A stretch of DNA of 64,000 nt from Octopus vulgaris (GCA_951406725.2 OX597828.1:23746001-23810000); one strand, 5' to 3'. Counted from the stretch's first letter, positions 11,746-26,220 are shown. Program-made: numbers and translations. The notes: generated from the letters alone by a model not told the origin.

Positions 11746-13889
11746 GATTAGCATTATCAAATAAAAACACAGCGGATGTTATTCCATGTAAAACTCTATA
11801 ACATTTAAATAAATATATGAATAAACAACCACTTGCTTCAGGAAATAATATTAGAAAATAGAGATAATAAAAGATGGCGTGACATCTGCCTTTTTTGGAG
11901 TTATTGTTATTATTACCTTTTCGTTCAGAGAATTTTGTAAATGACCGTCAGAGAACGCAAGCGCAGATGTACATAACGCAGAGATGTTTTGCTTCAGCGG
12001 AATTGGTTAATCGTTACGAATGTAAATTTTCGTCCCTATGAAAATGCAAAGCCATTTTTCTATTATCCGCCATACACTTTTTACTTGCCATAATCGTCAC
12101 ATTTTATTCTCGTAAAAATGCTTAGAAATAATTTGAATAATTTAGGTGTTGAGGCTAAATGCGTTCTGAAACGTTAAAATTGATGTTTTAAGCCATTAAT
12201 CTATGAACTACCATTATATAAACGCAATTTGATGTCAGGTTTCATCATCGTTTATTTTATATTTTATATTTTTCTAATAGGTTAAAGATTTTCGCTCATG
12301 TTACAAATGGTGACATTTTGCGTTAATTCTCTTGGGGTAAACTCTCTAAATACACACACGCGCAGATACATATGCTTAAAATGAATCGTTTTTTTAGAAG
12401 ACAACCGCTAAAAAGCATGAAAACTCTATCCGTCGACTCACTTCCATCAACAGTGGTGGATGGTGCAACTGTATCTCCTGATGTCATTGTATTGCGGATC
12501 ATCAAGTGTAGGAAGCCAAACATCGAATGCTATTCAATAAATAAGTCAAACCTAAATAAAATGATATTGACCAAACAGCTAAAAACGGCTCGAGAGGCTT
12601 GCTGACTCTATATACATTAGTCATCAGTGACAGAATCAGCCTGTGTAACAAATGTTAATTAGCACATCCAAGCTTACTCGGATGTGTGTTTTTATAAAGC
12701 CGTAGACTGCGGTAAACGGTCTGAAAAGTTATTTCGTGTAGATGAGAAATGCTAAAAAACATATTTTGCTGTAGTGCCTTGCGGTGCTAACGAACCTAGG
12801 TGAAAGATAGAATTTCGATATATATACATATGTCTGTAAGTACACATTCCTATATGGGTGTGCCTGTCGGTGTGTGTATGTATACGGGACACACGTAGAG
12901 AGCAACAATTACCGTTAAAATGTACTTAATATGTAAATGTTTAAAGTCGAAGTGCTGTATACGATGTGAGTGTAGGAAATATGTTTACCTCCGTTGCTTT
13001 TGATATTTATTCACTTGTCTGAAACAAGATAGACGGAAGAATACAAACTAACAGTAGAAATAGAAAGAATACAGAAAGAGAAAGATTGAGACAAAGGTAG
13101 AGGGACTGTATGTGCACATATCAGCAAGTGCATTTTTATATATCATTGTGTTTGCGCGTGTGTCTTACAAGTAACTTATGAGTAACACGATTGTATCTTT
13201 TCTCCAAACGCTGGAGAAAGACTTAGATATTTAAACAAAGATACTAAGTAGACAAAATCTCAATTGCTAATTAAAATCTAGGTGTTATGTAGTGGTGAGA
13301 CTGTTAGAGAATATTCACTTCTATGAAAATTCCATCTTGTAAATGTAATTAATTTATACGAGTGAAATTGATGTCGGAGTCCATAACAATATAATTAAAA
13401 TGCTAATGGACTAAATTATTATAAGTTGGTCAAATTTGTATTATTTTTAGAATTTAATTCACTAGAATGAGCAAACACAATGTAAATTACAATTTTTTAG
13501 CCACATTATTGGTGCTTCCATCCAAAATAACACTCTAGACGTCAATGGCAAACAGATATGGCCTGGTACTTGAGTCAAGTTTTCTCTAATTATTTTAAAT
13601 GGTTATGTAGTTGCGAGCAAATATAGATGCCATTATGGCCCATCCGTCCTTGACTAAGCGTAACAAAAGGAATATATACATAAGAAGACAAAGAGCACAA
13701 ATTGAAGTCTAGTCTTAAGAAAGGAATAGGTCTAAAGACTATAAAGAGTGGAAAGAATCTTGACGTTTTGGATGGAAGTCATACATAAGAAGAAAAAACA
13801 ACAAAGAATGAGAAGGTTGAACATATTTTATATTCGTATAAATATATTATATTATTCTAGCCCTTTTTATTATTGGCCTCAAATTATTT

Positions 13890-14050
13890 CGGTCATGTTA
13901 AGGCATGCTGGGGCATCGACTCGAATAGATTTTAGTCAAAGGAATGGACTCCACAACTTATTTGTATTAAGCCTTGTATTTCTTTTATCTGTTGCTATTG
14001 CCGAAATGCTAAGTTACGGGAATGTAAATTCACCAGCGCCAGTGGAGGAT
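13890..14050 (-). mobile_element. SINE family A 3' part, diverged
   Basis: GGCATGCTGGGGCATCG...TTGCCGAAATGCTAAGTTACGGGAATGTAAATTCACCAGC. Confidence 0.55.
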
Positions 14051-14065
14051 AAACAAACACACACA

Positions 14066-14129
<64 letters not shown>

Positions 14130-14295
14130 CCTTTAAAAATAAGATTGTAGAAAAGTTTTCTTTGCCTATATGCCGAAAATAGTCGCTAAATCGTCGAACC
14201 ACGATAAAATATCTTCACTATCATTATTACACACATGTCGAAACGAGGAAGATATATAGCACAAATTCATAAAATTTAGTTATCTCTGGAGTGGA

Positions 14296-14363
<68 letters not shown>

Positions 14364-14367
<4 letters not shown>

Positions 14368-14767
14368 CTTTTCTCTTTTACTTGTTTCAGTCATTTGACT
14401 GCGGCCATGCTGGAGCACCGCCTTTAGTCGTGCAAATCGACCCTGGGACTTATTCTTTGAAAGCCCAGTACTTATTCTATCGGTCTCTTTTGCCGAACCG
14501 CTAAGTAACGGGGACGTAAAAACACCAGCATCGGTTGTCAAGAAATGCTAGGGAGACAAACACAAACACACAAATACACACATATACATATATATACATA
14601 TATACGACAGGCTTCTTTCAGTTTCCGTCTACCAAATCCACTCACAAGGCTTTGGTCGGCCCGGGGCTATAGCAGAAGACACTTGCCCAAGATGCCACGC
14701 AGTGGGACTGAACCCGGAACCATGTGGTTGGTTAGCAAGCTACTTACCACACAGCCACTCCTGCGCC
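14364..14767 (-). mobile_element. SINE family A, near full length
   Basis: Nearly identical to the 9567 copy; embedded in (TA)n. Confidence 0.9.
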
Positions 14768-14781
14768 TATATATATATATA

Positions 14782-15280
14782 TTGGTAAAAACGGTAAAAT
14801 AACAAAATAAAGAAAGAGATCTCAATATTATGTAAATAGAGGAATTTATCTGTAAAATAATATGTGACAATTATTTAGTAGCCAAGATAAAACTCTGAGT
14901 TCCGGATGCCGAGGTGGAAATCCACACCACCATCTCTTCGGTTATCTGGCAATCTGAAAAACGCTATGAAAAAAGACCGTTATACAAAGGGAAATTACTG
15001 TGTTATAGACCGCTACTTATACAAAGCGCTAATTCGAATGACCACTAAATAAGATAAGGTTAAAAGTTCATAGTAAACACGTAAGCGTGCCTGTCCATAC
15101 GTACTCATGTGCGCTTGCGCACACACGTGCGTATACATGCATCACTACGAAAACGTACACATCTTCACTCGCATTTTTCGCCAAATGCATATGCATTTAT
15201 ATATATATACAAACTCATACACGCGCGCGCACCGTAAAAGTTCATATATACGTCTACATTCGCACAAGAAAAAACATATG
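14782..15280 (-). mobile_element. PLE-type terminal repeat carrying a hammerhead motif (homologous to 53530-53860)
   Basis: Shares several hundred bp with the 53.5-kb copy and abuts (TA)n. Confidence 0.65.
14881..14950 (-). ncRNA. Hammerhead-like motif with long stem II; this copy has GAAA changed to GGAA
   Basis: GCCAGATAA-CCGAAGA-GATG..TGGA TT TCCA..CATC C-GGAA-CTC A GAG-TT-TTATCTTGGC. Confidence 0.55.
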
Positions 15281-15349
15281 TATATGCATGTATATGTATA
15301 TATATTAATATTTATATTTCTGTACATATATACACACACATGCACACAC

Positions 15350-15442
<93 letters not shown>

Positions 15443-15443
<1 letters not shown>

Positions 15444-15615
15444 GGCAGGCTTCTTTTAGTTTGCGTCTAGCAAATCGTTTCACATGTGTCTTCTACTACA
15501 GCCCCTTTTTCTGGGGCTGAAGTAAAATGCAGTTGCTCAAAACACCACTCAGCGGAACTGCACCCAAAACGATGTGGCTGTGAAGCAAACCTCTTACCGC
15601 ATATCTACGCATGTC
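15443..15615 (-). mobile_element. SINE family A head, highly diverged
   Basis: GGCAGGCTTCTTTTAGTTTGCGTCTAGCAAATC...CTCAGCGGAACTGCACCC. Confidence 0.5.
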
Positions 15616-16411
15616 TCTAATGTGAAAGAAAAGGAAATTTAAAATGGACACGTTCGGTATCTTCCAGAAATAATATTTTAAATTCTCTTCCCATATGGCA
15701 ACTGATTGGCCATCTTAAACGAATATATACAACGGATAATATAATCTTAGATAGACTTGTGCTTAAAAAAAAACCGACAAATCAAAAGATATAATGAAGT
15801 GATGGCCATAGTTGGAATTCAGATTCTTGGTCAGAACTGACAGCAGCATCAACAACAACAACAGCAAAAACTATGAGAATTACAACAAAATAAGAACAAC
15901 AAAATATACCGTAATTTACACCGAAAAAAAGAGCAACAACGCACAGATAATCTTCAAAATTTTGTGCTTTAGAAATTATTCTTCCGTTGTAATCTCTTGC
16001 TTGAAGAAATGAGGGGATTTTTTCAAGAAACATTTCTCTCTCTCTCTCTCTCTCTCTTTCTTTCTCCTTTTCTGTCTTTGTCTCTCTCTTCAATAAAAAC
16101 TAAAATCTACAAAACTAAATTTTAAAAATTATAAACAAAACGGTTAAATATAAGGTGTCATTGACTGAGAATTCTCTTACGTGGAACGGTAGAGATTCAT
16201 TGGAATTCCTGGCTAAATGCCTCTGGCATCCATTCCTACCAAATTATTAATCTGCCATATCCGATGCTTTTCCAGAATATTTCACACTTTTATTTAGAAT
16301 TCATTAAGAAAATATAAAAAAAAATTACTTCCTTCCGTTTATTTATGTATATATATATTATATATATATATATGCATGTATGTATGTGTGTGTGTGTATA
16401 CATATATATGC

Positions 16412-16469
<58 letters not shown>

Positions 16470-17192
16470 ATATACGTGTGTGTGTGTTTGCGTGAGCTGT
16501 TTTCTCAAAATTTATTCATCGTTCCAAGAGTAAATTTAAGTCTCTCACACCAAAATCAGCATTTACCCCACCCACTCTCTTTCTCTTTCTCTCTCATCCT
16601 CTCTCTCACTCTCTCTCATCTTCTCTCTCTCTCCCTATCTCTCATCTCTCTCTCTCTCTCTCTATCCCTCATCTTCTCTCTCTCTCTCTCTCTCTCTCCT
16701 ACTTTCTTCCAAACGTTCACTCACTCGCTCCCCATCATTCGCTCTCTGTCTCTCTCTTAAAATCCTCCAACCATATCTTGTCACATCATCGCTCAACACA
16801 TCCGCTCACATCATCATCATCGTCAACATGACATAATTGGCGATGATGATGATGATGCTGATGATGATTTTCCCGATATTCCCTGTAATTTCTATATCAT
16901 CATCATCATCCTCATCATCACCACCACCACCGTAATCATCATCATCATCATCAACATCATTATCAGCATAATCTTCAGCATACTATACAGCATCCACCTA
17001 AGCCATTTCCGAAGCAAAGTTCTATACATTACACTCTTGAGTTGGGAGAATTAAGTGGCGAACGAACGAATCTCTAGCAAGCAAATTCAACTCTCGCTTC
17101 CTGCTGTCCCAGCATGGTCACATCCTTAAGGCTGAAAAATGAAACAATAAAAGAATATACACACACACACAAACATATATATATGTATATGC

Positions 17193-17288
<96 letters not shown>

Positions 17289-17348
17289 ATATATATATAC
17301 GCATATATATGTGTATAAATATATATATGTTAATATTTATATTTCTGT

Positions 17349-17404
<56 letters not shown>

Positions 17405-17701
17405 ACACACATATGAAATATGAATCTCCAAGATTCTATTCTTCTGCTATTTCCGTTTTCAGGTTCTTTGTAAAAATTTTGTTTATACCCCCCTGAACTG
17501 AAGAGTACAATGATGTATAATTAAATAATTTATTTAATTAATTTAATTTAATTTAATTCAATCGTGAATTTGCATTATTTCTATATCTATGTAGGAAACG
17601 AAACTTTAAAAACTTGTGTTTTCCATTTTTATCAAAAGTTTTGAATTTTGTGGGATTTCTTTCCATAAATTGACCACGCATTATACACACACACACATAT
17701 G

Positions 17702-17807
<106 letters not shown>

Positions 17808-18127
17808 TACAGAGAAGCGTGAGCGCTTATATTAAAAAATATTTCCCCACCTACGCATGTGTATCCATATATCCCTGTGGATATACATGTGCTAGAAAAA
17901 GAGAGAGAGGGAGAGAGAGGGAGGGAGGGAGGGAGAGAGAGACAAACAGAGAGAGACAGAGTGAGACAGAGAGACAGGGAGACAGAGAGACAGAGATTTG
18001 AGCACGGTACTTTATTTTACGTTGCTCCTCTCCAGTCAGCAGGTAAATGACTTTCATCTACAGTTCGATGGGCCAGCCTGTCACATTCGCAGTCTCAGTT
18101 TGAATGTCCCTGGTAACTACGTTAAGT

Positions 18128-18183
<56 letters not shown>

Positions 18184-18336
18184 CATATACGGAAAGGGTA
18201 TCACAAGTTCCTGGCTTTGTGTGAAAGAAAATACAGGATGATCACACACTTATTGCAGCGGTCCTGCAGTCTTTCTAAGCCTTGTGAAAGAACTCAGAAT
18301 TCGGGCCTCCACCGAGGAACTTTACAGCACCCCTCG

Positions 18337-18390
<54 letters not shown>

Positions 18391-18433
18391 GCCCTGAACA
18401 ACGGCGATTAATATACATACATACACAAACATA

Positions 18434-18776
18434 CCGAGATAATTGACAAGTGTTGCCACGACCAAGGATCTTTATTGAAACATATAATGATGCTAGATTT
18501 AGGTTATAGTTACACTCAGCGAGAGACGGACATTAAAAGCCAGAGAGAATGAGATAGAGAAAAAGAGATAGAAATGGAACTACAGTAGCTGTTCTTAAGA
18601 TTTACTTCCATAAATCTTAAGAGAGACAAAATGTGAAAGACGCAAGGACGTACGATACAAGACTGCTATAGTTATTGAGCACTCGTTTCAGTTCATATAA
18701 CTACTATAGAAGCAAAACCCTAAGACTATAGATTAGAACCATTGACGTCATCAAAGAATAAGTGACCATAACTACA
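18434..18776 (-). mobile_element. Solo-LTR-like repeat (copy 1)
   Basis: Minus strand starts TGTAGT and contains AATAAAGATCCTTGGTCGTGGCAACACTTGTCAATT; related copy in opposite orientation at ~19890-20182. Confidence 0.4.
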
Positions 18777-18976
18777 CTTTAATAATATTCCTTTCTACTT
18801 AGAGCACAGAGCATTATTGCTTGGTATTATAATTGATTGTGTACCGATCCTGTGTCTTCTGTCATTTTCTCATTTTTGTATCATCTGCTGTCTCTTATAT
18901 CAAGTATTTCGTTCTTCTTCTACACGCACACACGCGCATATATATAATATTCTCATATATTATGTATATTTTTTAA

Positions 18977-19326
18977 AGCGGCGAGCAGGTTGAAACGTTA
19001 GCACGCCGGGCGGAACACTTAGCGATATTTCGTCCGCCTTTACGTTCTGAGTTCAAATTCCGCCGAGGTCGGCTTTGCATTTCATCTTTGCGGGGTCGAT
19101 TAAATAAGTACCAGTTACGCACCGGGGTCGATATAATCGATTTAATCCGTTTGTCTGTCCTTGTTTGCCTCCCCTGTGTTTAGCTCCTGGTGGGTAGTAA
19201 AGAAATAGGTATTTCGTCCGCCTTTATGTTCTGAGTTCAAATTCTGCCGAGGTCGATTTTGCTTTTCATCCTTTCGGAGTCGATACTAGGATCGATCTAA
19301 TCTAGGCCTTGTGCCTAAAGTAGAAT
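18977..19326 (+). mobile_element. SINE family M, dimeric body
   Basis: Two Meta-like modules. Confidence 0.85.
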
Positions 19327-19328
19327 AC

Positions 19329-19399
<71 letters not shown>

Positions 19400-19675
19400 T
19401 GCAACAGTTTAGGCTTCAAAGGTCACAGCTCTTCAGAATCCTCCCACAATGCATGGCGTGGATATAGGCTTCTTCAAAACAAAACTCTATTTTCTTATGT
19501 CAAGAGTTCCAGATGAACCTACCTCTAGGCAAGAAGCACAGATGAGGGCAGTAACGTCGAACTCCCTCCTCCACCAAATATCACATATCAGAGAAGGTTT
19601 ATTGAATGTGTAGCAAATTAAACAGTGGTGTCCCAGCATGGCCGCAGTCTTACGACTGAAACTGAGGAACATGAA
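19400..19675 (+). mobile_element. 3' end of a CR1-like LINE whose tail is shared with SINE family A
   Basis: CNSLGFKG..HGVDIGFFKTKLYFLMSRVPDEPTSRQEAQMRAVTSNSLLHQI, followed by GTGGTGTCCCAGCATGGCCGCAGTCTTACGACTGAAAC. Confidence 0.75.
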
Positions 19676-19719
19676 TATATATGTATATATATAGGCATGT
19701 ATATAATTGTAAATCCATG

Positions 19720-19777
<58 letters not shown>

Positions 19778-19889
19778 AACACTCACACACACACACATAT
19801 ATATATACATATATATATGGTACATATTTAAAACATGCATACATATGTACATCTGTAAACATATACAAGCGTACATAGATATGGATATT

Positions 19890-20182
19890 GTGGGCGTTGT
19901 ATGGGCATTTAATTTGTATAATAGCACTTGCTGTTGGACATTCTGTTAACCTTGTATGATGGCTTGTATGACGTATTCAGTCGGACGTCATAGTGTTAGT
20001 AATATATCGTGTTTTGGATTTTTTATTCGTAAGTTATTTTGAGTGTGACGATAACCTAAATCTAGCATCACTATATGTTCTAATGTTTCCATTGATTTTG
20101 CTTTAATAAAGATTCTTGGTCGTGGCAACACTTGTCAATTGTCTCGGTTTTCCTTTTTAAATAATCTGTTTTATCTTTAACA
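19890..20182 (+). mobile_element. Solo-LTR-like repeat (copy 2)
   Basis: Contains AATAAAGATTCTTGGTCGTGGCAACACTTGTCAATTGTCTCGG and ends ...TTTAACA; inverted relative to the 18434 copy. Confidence 0.4.
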
Positions 20183-20620
20183 TTCAAGCAGTTTAATTAA
20201 ATTATACGCATAGAAGTTGTCGAATATTATAGATATAAATCAGTGTTTACCATCTTTACTTGGCATTTGTAACGAAAGCTGTAGTATATTTAAAAACGGA
20301 TTTATGATTCTCGCATGTAAATGCAGTCTTGTCTTTTGCTCAACGGATTTCACATCTTCCTCAGGCAAACTTCATCTATGATTGAGTATATGGGAGGTGA
20401 AAGAAGAACAGATCTTTCGATTCAAAAATGAATGTTTCATGAAGACAATGATCTTGTTAACGTAGTCAGTGGACCTACACAATGTCTTACATGCACAAAA
20501 TGTGACGAAAAGTGCACACACACACATACACACACACACCACATACATATATACTTATATGTACATATACTTCGATGTATAAAATTTAAGCATGGATATA
20601 CGTGTCCATATATACACACG

Positions 20621-20685
<65 letters not shown>

Positions 20686-21569
20686 ATATACAGGTAAATA
20701 TAGTTATATATATATATGTATACGTATATGTATATAGATATATATATATATGTATGTATATATATATTTATATATCAATTGCGTATTTGTCCGTGAGAGT
20801 TTGTACATATAAGAATATATACACACATGAATGCGTGTGTGTATTGTGTGTGAGTGACTGTGTGTATGATTGTGTTTGTGTGTGTGTGTGTGTGAGAGAG
20901 AAAGTGTAAGGATGTGAATTCCAGAATGTGCTTCTTACTGACAAGAGGTTTCTTTGCACGACTGGAAACATCTGTTAACCAGTTTGATATCGATTCTTTC
21001 GTATCGTTGAACAGCGCATTAGTGTTAGAAGGGTTTATATATATATAGGATTAAGTTAGAGATAATTCCCCGGTCCTTATTGAAAATGATAAGAAAACCA
21101 ATACGTCTTTGTAGCGGATGAATTGGACGAGCCATTTGGGAGGATATGAATGATGTCTTGTCAACTCAGAAATCTATATAATGACATATGTAATGGGCGG
21201 AACACATATATCAGTACGGCAATATATATAGAGACAATAATATGCATAAACACAGACTCTCGTATGCACACACACACATACAAACACATCTATATGCATA
21301 TATACACACATGTACATAAAATAGTAAAGACACACACACACTTATATGCATATATGTATATATATATATATATTATATCGATATACATAAATATACATAT
21401 ATATCGAATTATGTATATCTATACATGTTATATGTAGATATACATAGATACAAGCACGCACACACACACATATATATGTATATCTATCTATCTATCTATA
21501 TATATATATATATATAGAGAGAGAGATGCATGTGTGTATATATGTATATATATATACATATATAGATGC

Positions 21570-21638
<69 letters not shown>

Positions 21639-21657
21639 TGCATATGTGTATGTATGT

Positions 21658-21689
<32 letters not shown>

Positions 21690-21779
21690 ATATATATATA
21701 TATATACATATATAGAAGCTCGAAGGTGCACACATCCACACACATACACACACATACACGCACACACACACACACACAT

Positions 21780-21882
<103 letters not shown>

Positions 21883-22419
21883 ACCCTACAGGCTGCATAA
21901 TTACATTCGATTGTTATGCCTCGCCTATATTATATAAGTACATTAAGAGAAAATCCATTTACCTAAATTTTCAATGTCTACAAAAACAATTGTTATCATA
22001 CAACAGGGATTTGTAAATGTGATTCAATTCAAAAGTCTTTTATGAAACATTTTCTGTTAATAAAAATGGCCGCAGGTTGTATACCGTATCGGAGGTCCTT
22101 CGTCGGTTTCTACGACGAAGATTCGATTGTTCAATCAGCTGCCTACATACTCCTAAAACTCGGAGTATGAAGCAACTTTCGGATACACGTGTATTTCTAA
22201 CAGCGAGTTCGTGCTTTTGATAATTTAAAGGAAAAGGATGGACCAGTGAATGACTAGCGCAATATATTGTGTAACAGAGAATAGCAAAAGACAATGATTT
22301 GTAGGACTTGAATTCTAATTCATTTGTCGGCCCAGGAAGAATGAAAGGTGAATTTAACCTCTGCTGGGTTTGAACTCAAACAGTTAATAGCTTCAAATTT
22401 TCCTCGACCACTAGTAATT

Positions 22420-22842
22420 CTTTTCTACTCTAGACACAAAGCCCGATATTTTTGGTGAGCAGTGGCCAGTCGATTAGAGTGAACCCAATAGGCAACTGAT
22501 ATTTAATTTATCGCTCCCGATAGGATGAAATGCAAAGTCGACCACGGCAGAATTTCAACTCAACGTAAAGACAGACGAAATACTACTAAGCATTTTGCCC
22601 GGCGTGCTAACATTTCTTATTTTTTTATTGGCCACAAAGGGTTAATCGTAAAAGGGGAGAAACAAGGATAGACAAAGGGATTAAATCGATTACAACGACC
22701 TCAGTGCGTAACTGGTACTTAATTTATCGATCCCGAAAGGATGAAAGGCAAAGTCGACCTCGGCGGAATTTGAACTCAGAACGTAACGGCAGACGAAATA
22801 CCACCAAGCATTTCGCCCGGCGTGCCAACGTTTCTGCCAGCC
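22420..22842 (-). mobile_element. SINE family M, two modules
   Basis: GATGAAAGGCAAAGTCGACCTCGGCGGAATTTGAACTCAGAACGTAACGGCAGACGAAATACC. Confidence 0.85.
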
Positions 22843-23074
22843 GAAAAAGTGGATTAGGTTGCGAGCAAAGAGGAGAGTATTTTCTCTGCACCCTTTATAT
22901 TCAAGAAAATAATACAGAGAAGAGAAATGAAATGACAGGCTGTTGTTCCCTGAAAAAATTAAATGTTATAACATAAATAACGCAACAGTGAAACACTGAG
23001 ATATAAATAGAGCAACCAGAATATTAAAGCAAATGTTTACTAAAATTATTTGATTAATCTAAGAAATATGTGTA

Positions 23075-23372
23075 GGCGCATGGCTTAGTGGTTAGGGTGC
23101 TACACTCACAATTGCGAGAGCGAGGTGTCGATATTCAGACCGGGCGTTGTGTCGTGTTCTTGAGCAAAACACTTTATTTCAAGTTGCTCTGCGATTATTT
23201 CGTCGTCTGTCTAACATGTGGCACAAGGTGCACCTGTACAGGTAATGCCCATTTGATGGAGTGGGTGAACTTATGTGTAAACAAGCATTTAATCACCATA
23301 AACAAATCATCTGTGCACTTTTTCAGTGAGAAGTCGCCGGAACCTCATACGTCGTCTGACGACGGAAGAGTC
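23075..23372 (+). mobile_element. SINE family B
   Basis: GGCGCATGGCTTAGTGGTTAGGGTG (A-box-like)...GTGTTCTTGAGCAAAACACTTTATTTC. Confidence 0.75.
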
Positions 23373-23385
23373 TATTATATATATA

Positions 23386-23444
<59 letters not shown>

Positions 23445-23449
<5 letters not shown>

Positions 23450-23662
23450 TGTTCATCCCAACAATGAAAACACAAAGGGAAAACACAACAACGCGAGGAC
23501 GTGGAACAAGCATAGTATTATTGGACGCTCAGGAAAGAAGGAAAGAAGGAGGGTTTAACGTTTCGAGCGGAGCTCTTCGACAGAAACATAGGAAAAGGAA
23601 AGATCCAAAGAAGAGAAGACGGAGGAAAAAAAATCGCCAACGGTACACACGCGGTCACATTT
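23445..23662 (-). mobile_element. Short (~220 bp) PLE-derived element inside (TA)n with a minimal hammerhead
   Basis: Flanked by TA repeats; related to 37365, 51590, 52143 and 62748. Confidence 0.6.
23553..23587 (-). ncRNA. Minimal type I hammerhead motif, CUGUCGA core variant
   Basis: GTTT-CTGTCGA-A-GAGC TCC GCTC-GAAA-CG-TT-AAAC: 4-bp stem I, 4-bp stem II, palindromic ACGT stem III, GUU triplet. Confidence 0.6.
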
Positions 23663-23779
23663 ATATATACATATATATATAAATAAGTACATACATACAG
23701 GCACACATAATATATATATATATATATATATATTTATATGTAATTATATATATATATATATATATACACATTCATATAT

Positions 23780-23837
<58 letters not shown>

Positions 23838-24054
23838 GAGTCTGTGTGATTGTGTGTGTGGGCGGGAAGAGAAAGAGATATAGAAAGTGTTGTTACTGTC
23901 AGGATAAAGAAAATGTGCAATGTAGGTGTGTCAGTTTCGTGATACCAACAAATGATCGTATTCTCCAACGTTGAAATCACCAATACTTTCATCAAATAAT
24001 TACAGAGAATACGAATTTGGTATTTTAACCAAGACATGGTATACCTACAGATAT

Positions 24055-24115
<61 letters not shown>

Positions 24116-24901
24116 CTCATACATTTGGAATCATACCAACGATTTGGAAAATATATTGAAACGAAGTAGTATGAACTTGCGCATTCGAGATTATTCCAAA
24201 TCACTGAGACGGAGGTGAAGGATAATCCAATAAACCCTCTGGTCAATGACGTTCATGAAAGAAGTTCCTCTCAGTTGGAATATCAGTCCCAAAGTATAAT
24301 TAGGTATCTCCTCAAATGAATTATCCGAATATAAATACGTGGTTATAGTGAGAAGCTGCGATTGAAGACCGAATTAAACAAAACTTATCTAGAAGAGAGC
24401 AAGACTATGGTCGCCCAACATATTCTGGACATCGTTACACAACATTTGTCACCGTTGATCTGTTTTTTTTTTTATTATTATCCAAAACAGTTTCCTTCAT
24501 CCTGAATATTCTCGTTAGCATTTTCAACCCCTTAATTAACTCTGAATTGAGTTACGTTATTTTTCTTTAAACATACTTGTCTTTCGTAACCAGGAACGTA
24601 CTTATTAATCTAGAATATTTTTTGAGACGTTCTTCAAGCTGTAAATAATTCTTGTTTGAAAAGGAAAAGAAACTAATTTTGATATATTTTTCAGATCTTG
24701 TTAAGCGAAAATTCTTTATGTTGATACTCGACTACGCAGTTAAACTCATTCAAGTAAAAGACAAACATGTCTCTAATCTTTAACAAAATACATAATACAG
24801 AGTCTATGATTTACCGGTGACTTTACAACAAAATGGCAGCTGGATGACTCATGAGATATGTAGAATTAATTACACAAGAAAGTGTTATTAATCCTTAATC
24901 A

Positions 24902-25310
24902 AGGCGGCCTACTGGCAGAATCGTCAGTGCCCCACACAAACTTCTTTGTGAGGCATTTCGTACGTATTTAAGTCCTGTGTTTAAATTCTGCCGAGGTTTA
25001 ACTTTGCCTTGTGTGGTCGATAACATGATTATTAGTTGAGAACTAGGATCGATGTAATAGACATACACTGGTATTGCTGGTTCTGTGCCAAAATTTGAAA
25101 CCAAGATTTGCGAAATAATTTTTAATATTCTTCTTGTCAAGGCAGCGAGCTTGTAGAATCGTTACCGCACCGGGAAAAATGCTTAACGGTATTTCGTCCG
25201 CCTTTTTCGTTCAAATTCCGGTAGGATCGATGTTGCATTTCGTCCCTTCGGGTTCAATAAAATAAGTAGAATTTGAACACTGAGGTCCATGTATTCAACT
25301 TACCCTCTAC
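24902..25310 (+). mobile_element. Two adjacent diverged SINE family M copies
   Basis: Heads AGGCGGCCTACTGGCAGAATCG (24902) and GGCAGCGAGCTTGTAGAATCG (25141). Confidence 0.7.
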
Positions 25311-25900
25311 TAAGTTCGAATTCAGTATTATCCAGCTATTCACAGCGTTCGAGTCGTCGAGTGTTACGTTTGCAAAAATATAGTATAGAAATATATCAAA
25401 GCAATAATTTGAGTATTTAGCATAATGAAAAGAAAAGATCGATGGTTATGATCTAAACAAACTTAGCTATACAACAACACCAAAGCCAAGTCGTAAGATT
25501 TAGCTTCATGAAACACTGTTACGAAAATCTATAATTTAATGAAGACTTAAAATAGAAAGAAAATCTAAAATTAATTTCTTTTTGTTAACAGCTAATCTCT
25601 TGTAGTAATTATTATTCACAGGCGTCAAATAATGATAAATATCCATTTGACATTTCATCTGTAGTAACAGAGACAATGAGAAGCATCAGCTTAAGGTCAG
25701 CAGAATGTTTAATAAGACTAAAATACAACAAAAACTAAATGTAGTTTCATTCGTTCAGAACTTTATTCGGAATTGATACAATTTCACGTAAAACCGGAAG
25801 TCTGTTCTGTATGATTGCCGAACTTGAGATTGAGATACCTTGTAACGATTCTAGCTGATGCACGTGTTTAATTTTCACTAATAGTATTGGGATAAGTCTA

Positions 25901-26220
25901 AGGCGGCGAGTTGGCAGAATCGTTAGCACGCCGGGAGAAATGCTTAGCAGTATTTCGTCTGCCGCTACGTTCTGAGTTCAAATTCCGCCGAGGTCGACTT
26001 TGCCTTTCATCCTTTCGGGGTTGATTAAATAAGTACCAGTTACGCACTGGGGTCGATGTAATCGACTTAATACCTTTGTCTGTCCTTGTTTGTCCCCTCT
26101 ATGTTTAGCCCCTTGTAGGTAATAAAGAAATAGGTATTTTGTCTTTCTTAACGTTCTGAGTTCAAATTCCTCCGAGGTCGACTTTACCTTTCATCCTTTC
26201 TGAGACGATAAATTAAGTGA
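25901..26220 (+). mobile_element. SINE family M, dimeric body
   Basis: AGGCGGCGAGTTGGCAGAATCGTTAGCACG followed by two Meta-like modules. Confidence 0.9.

Noticed and set aside
16200-16230. GGAATTCCTGGC (G-I-P-G) as a possible second collagen exon
   Set aside because: Immediately followed by an in-frame stop, with no Gly-X-Y periodicity or splice signals.
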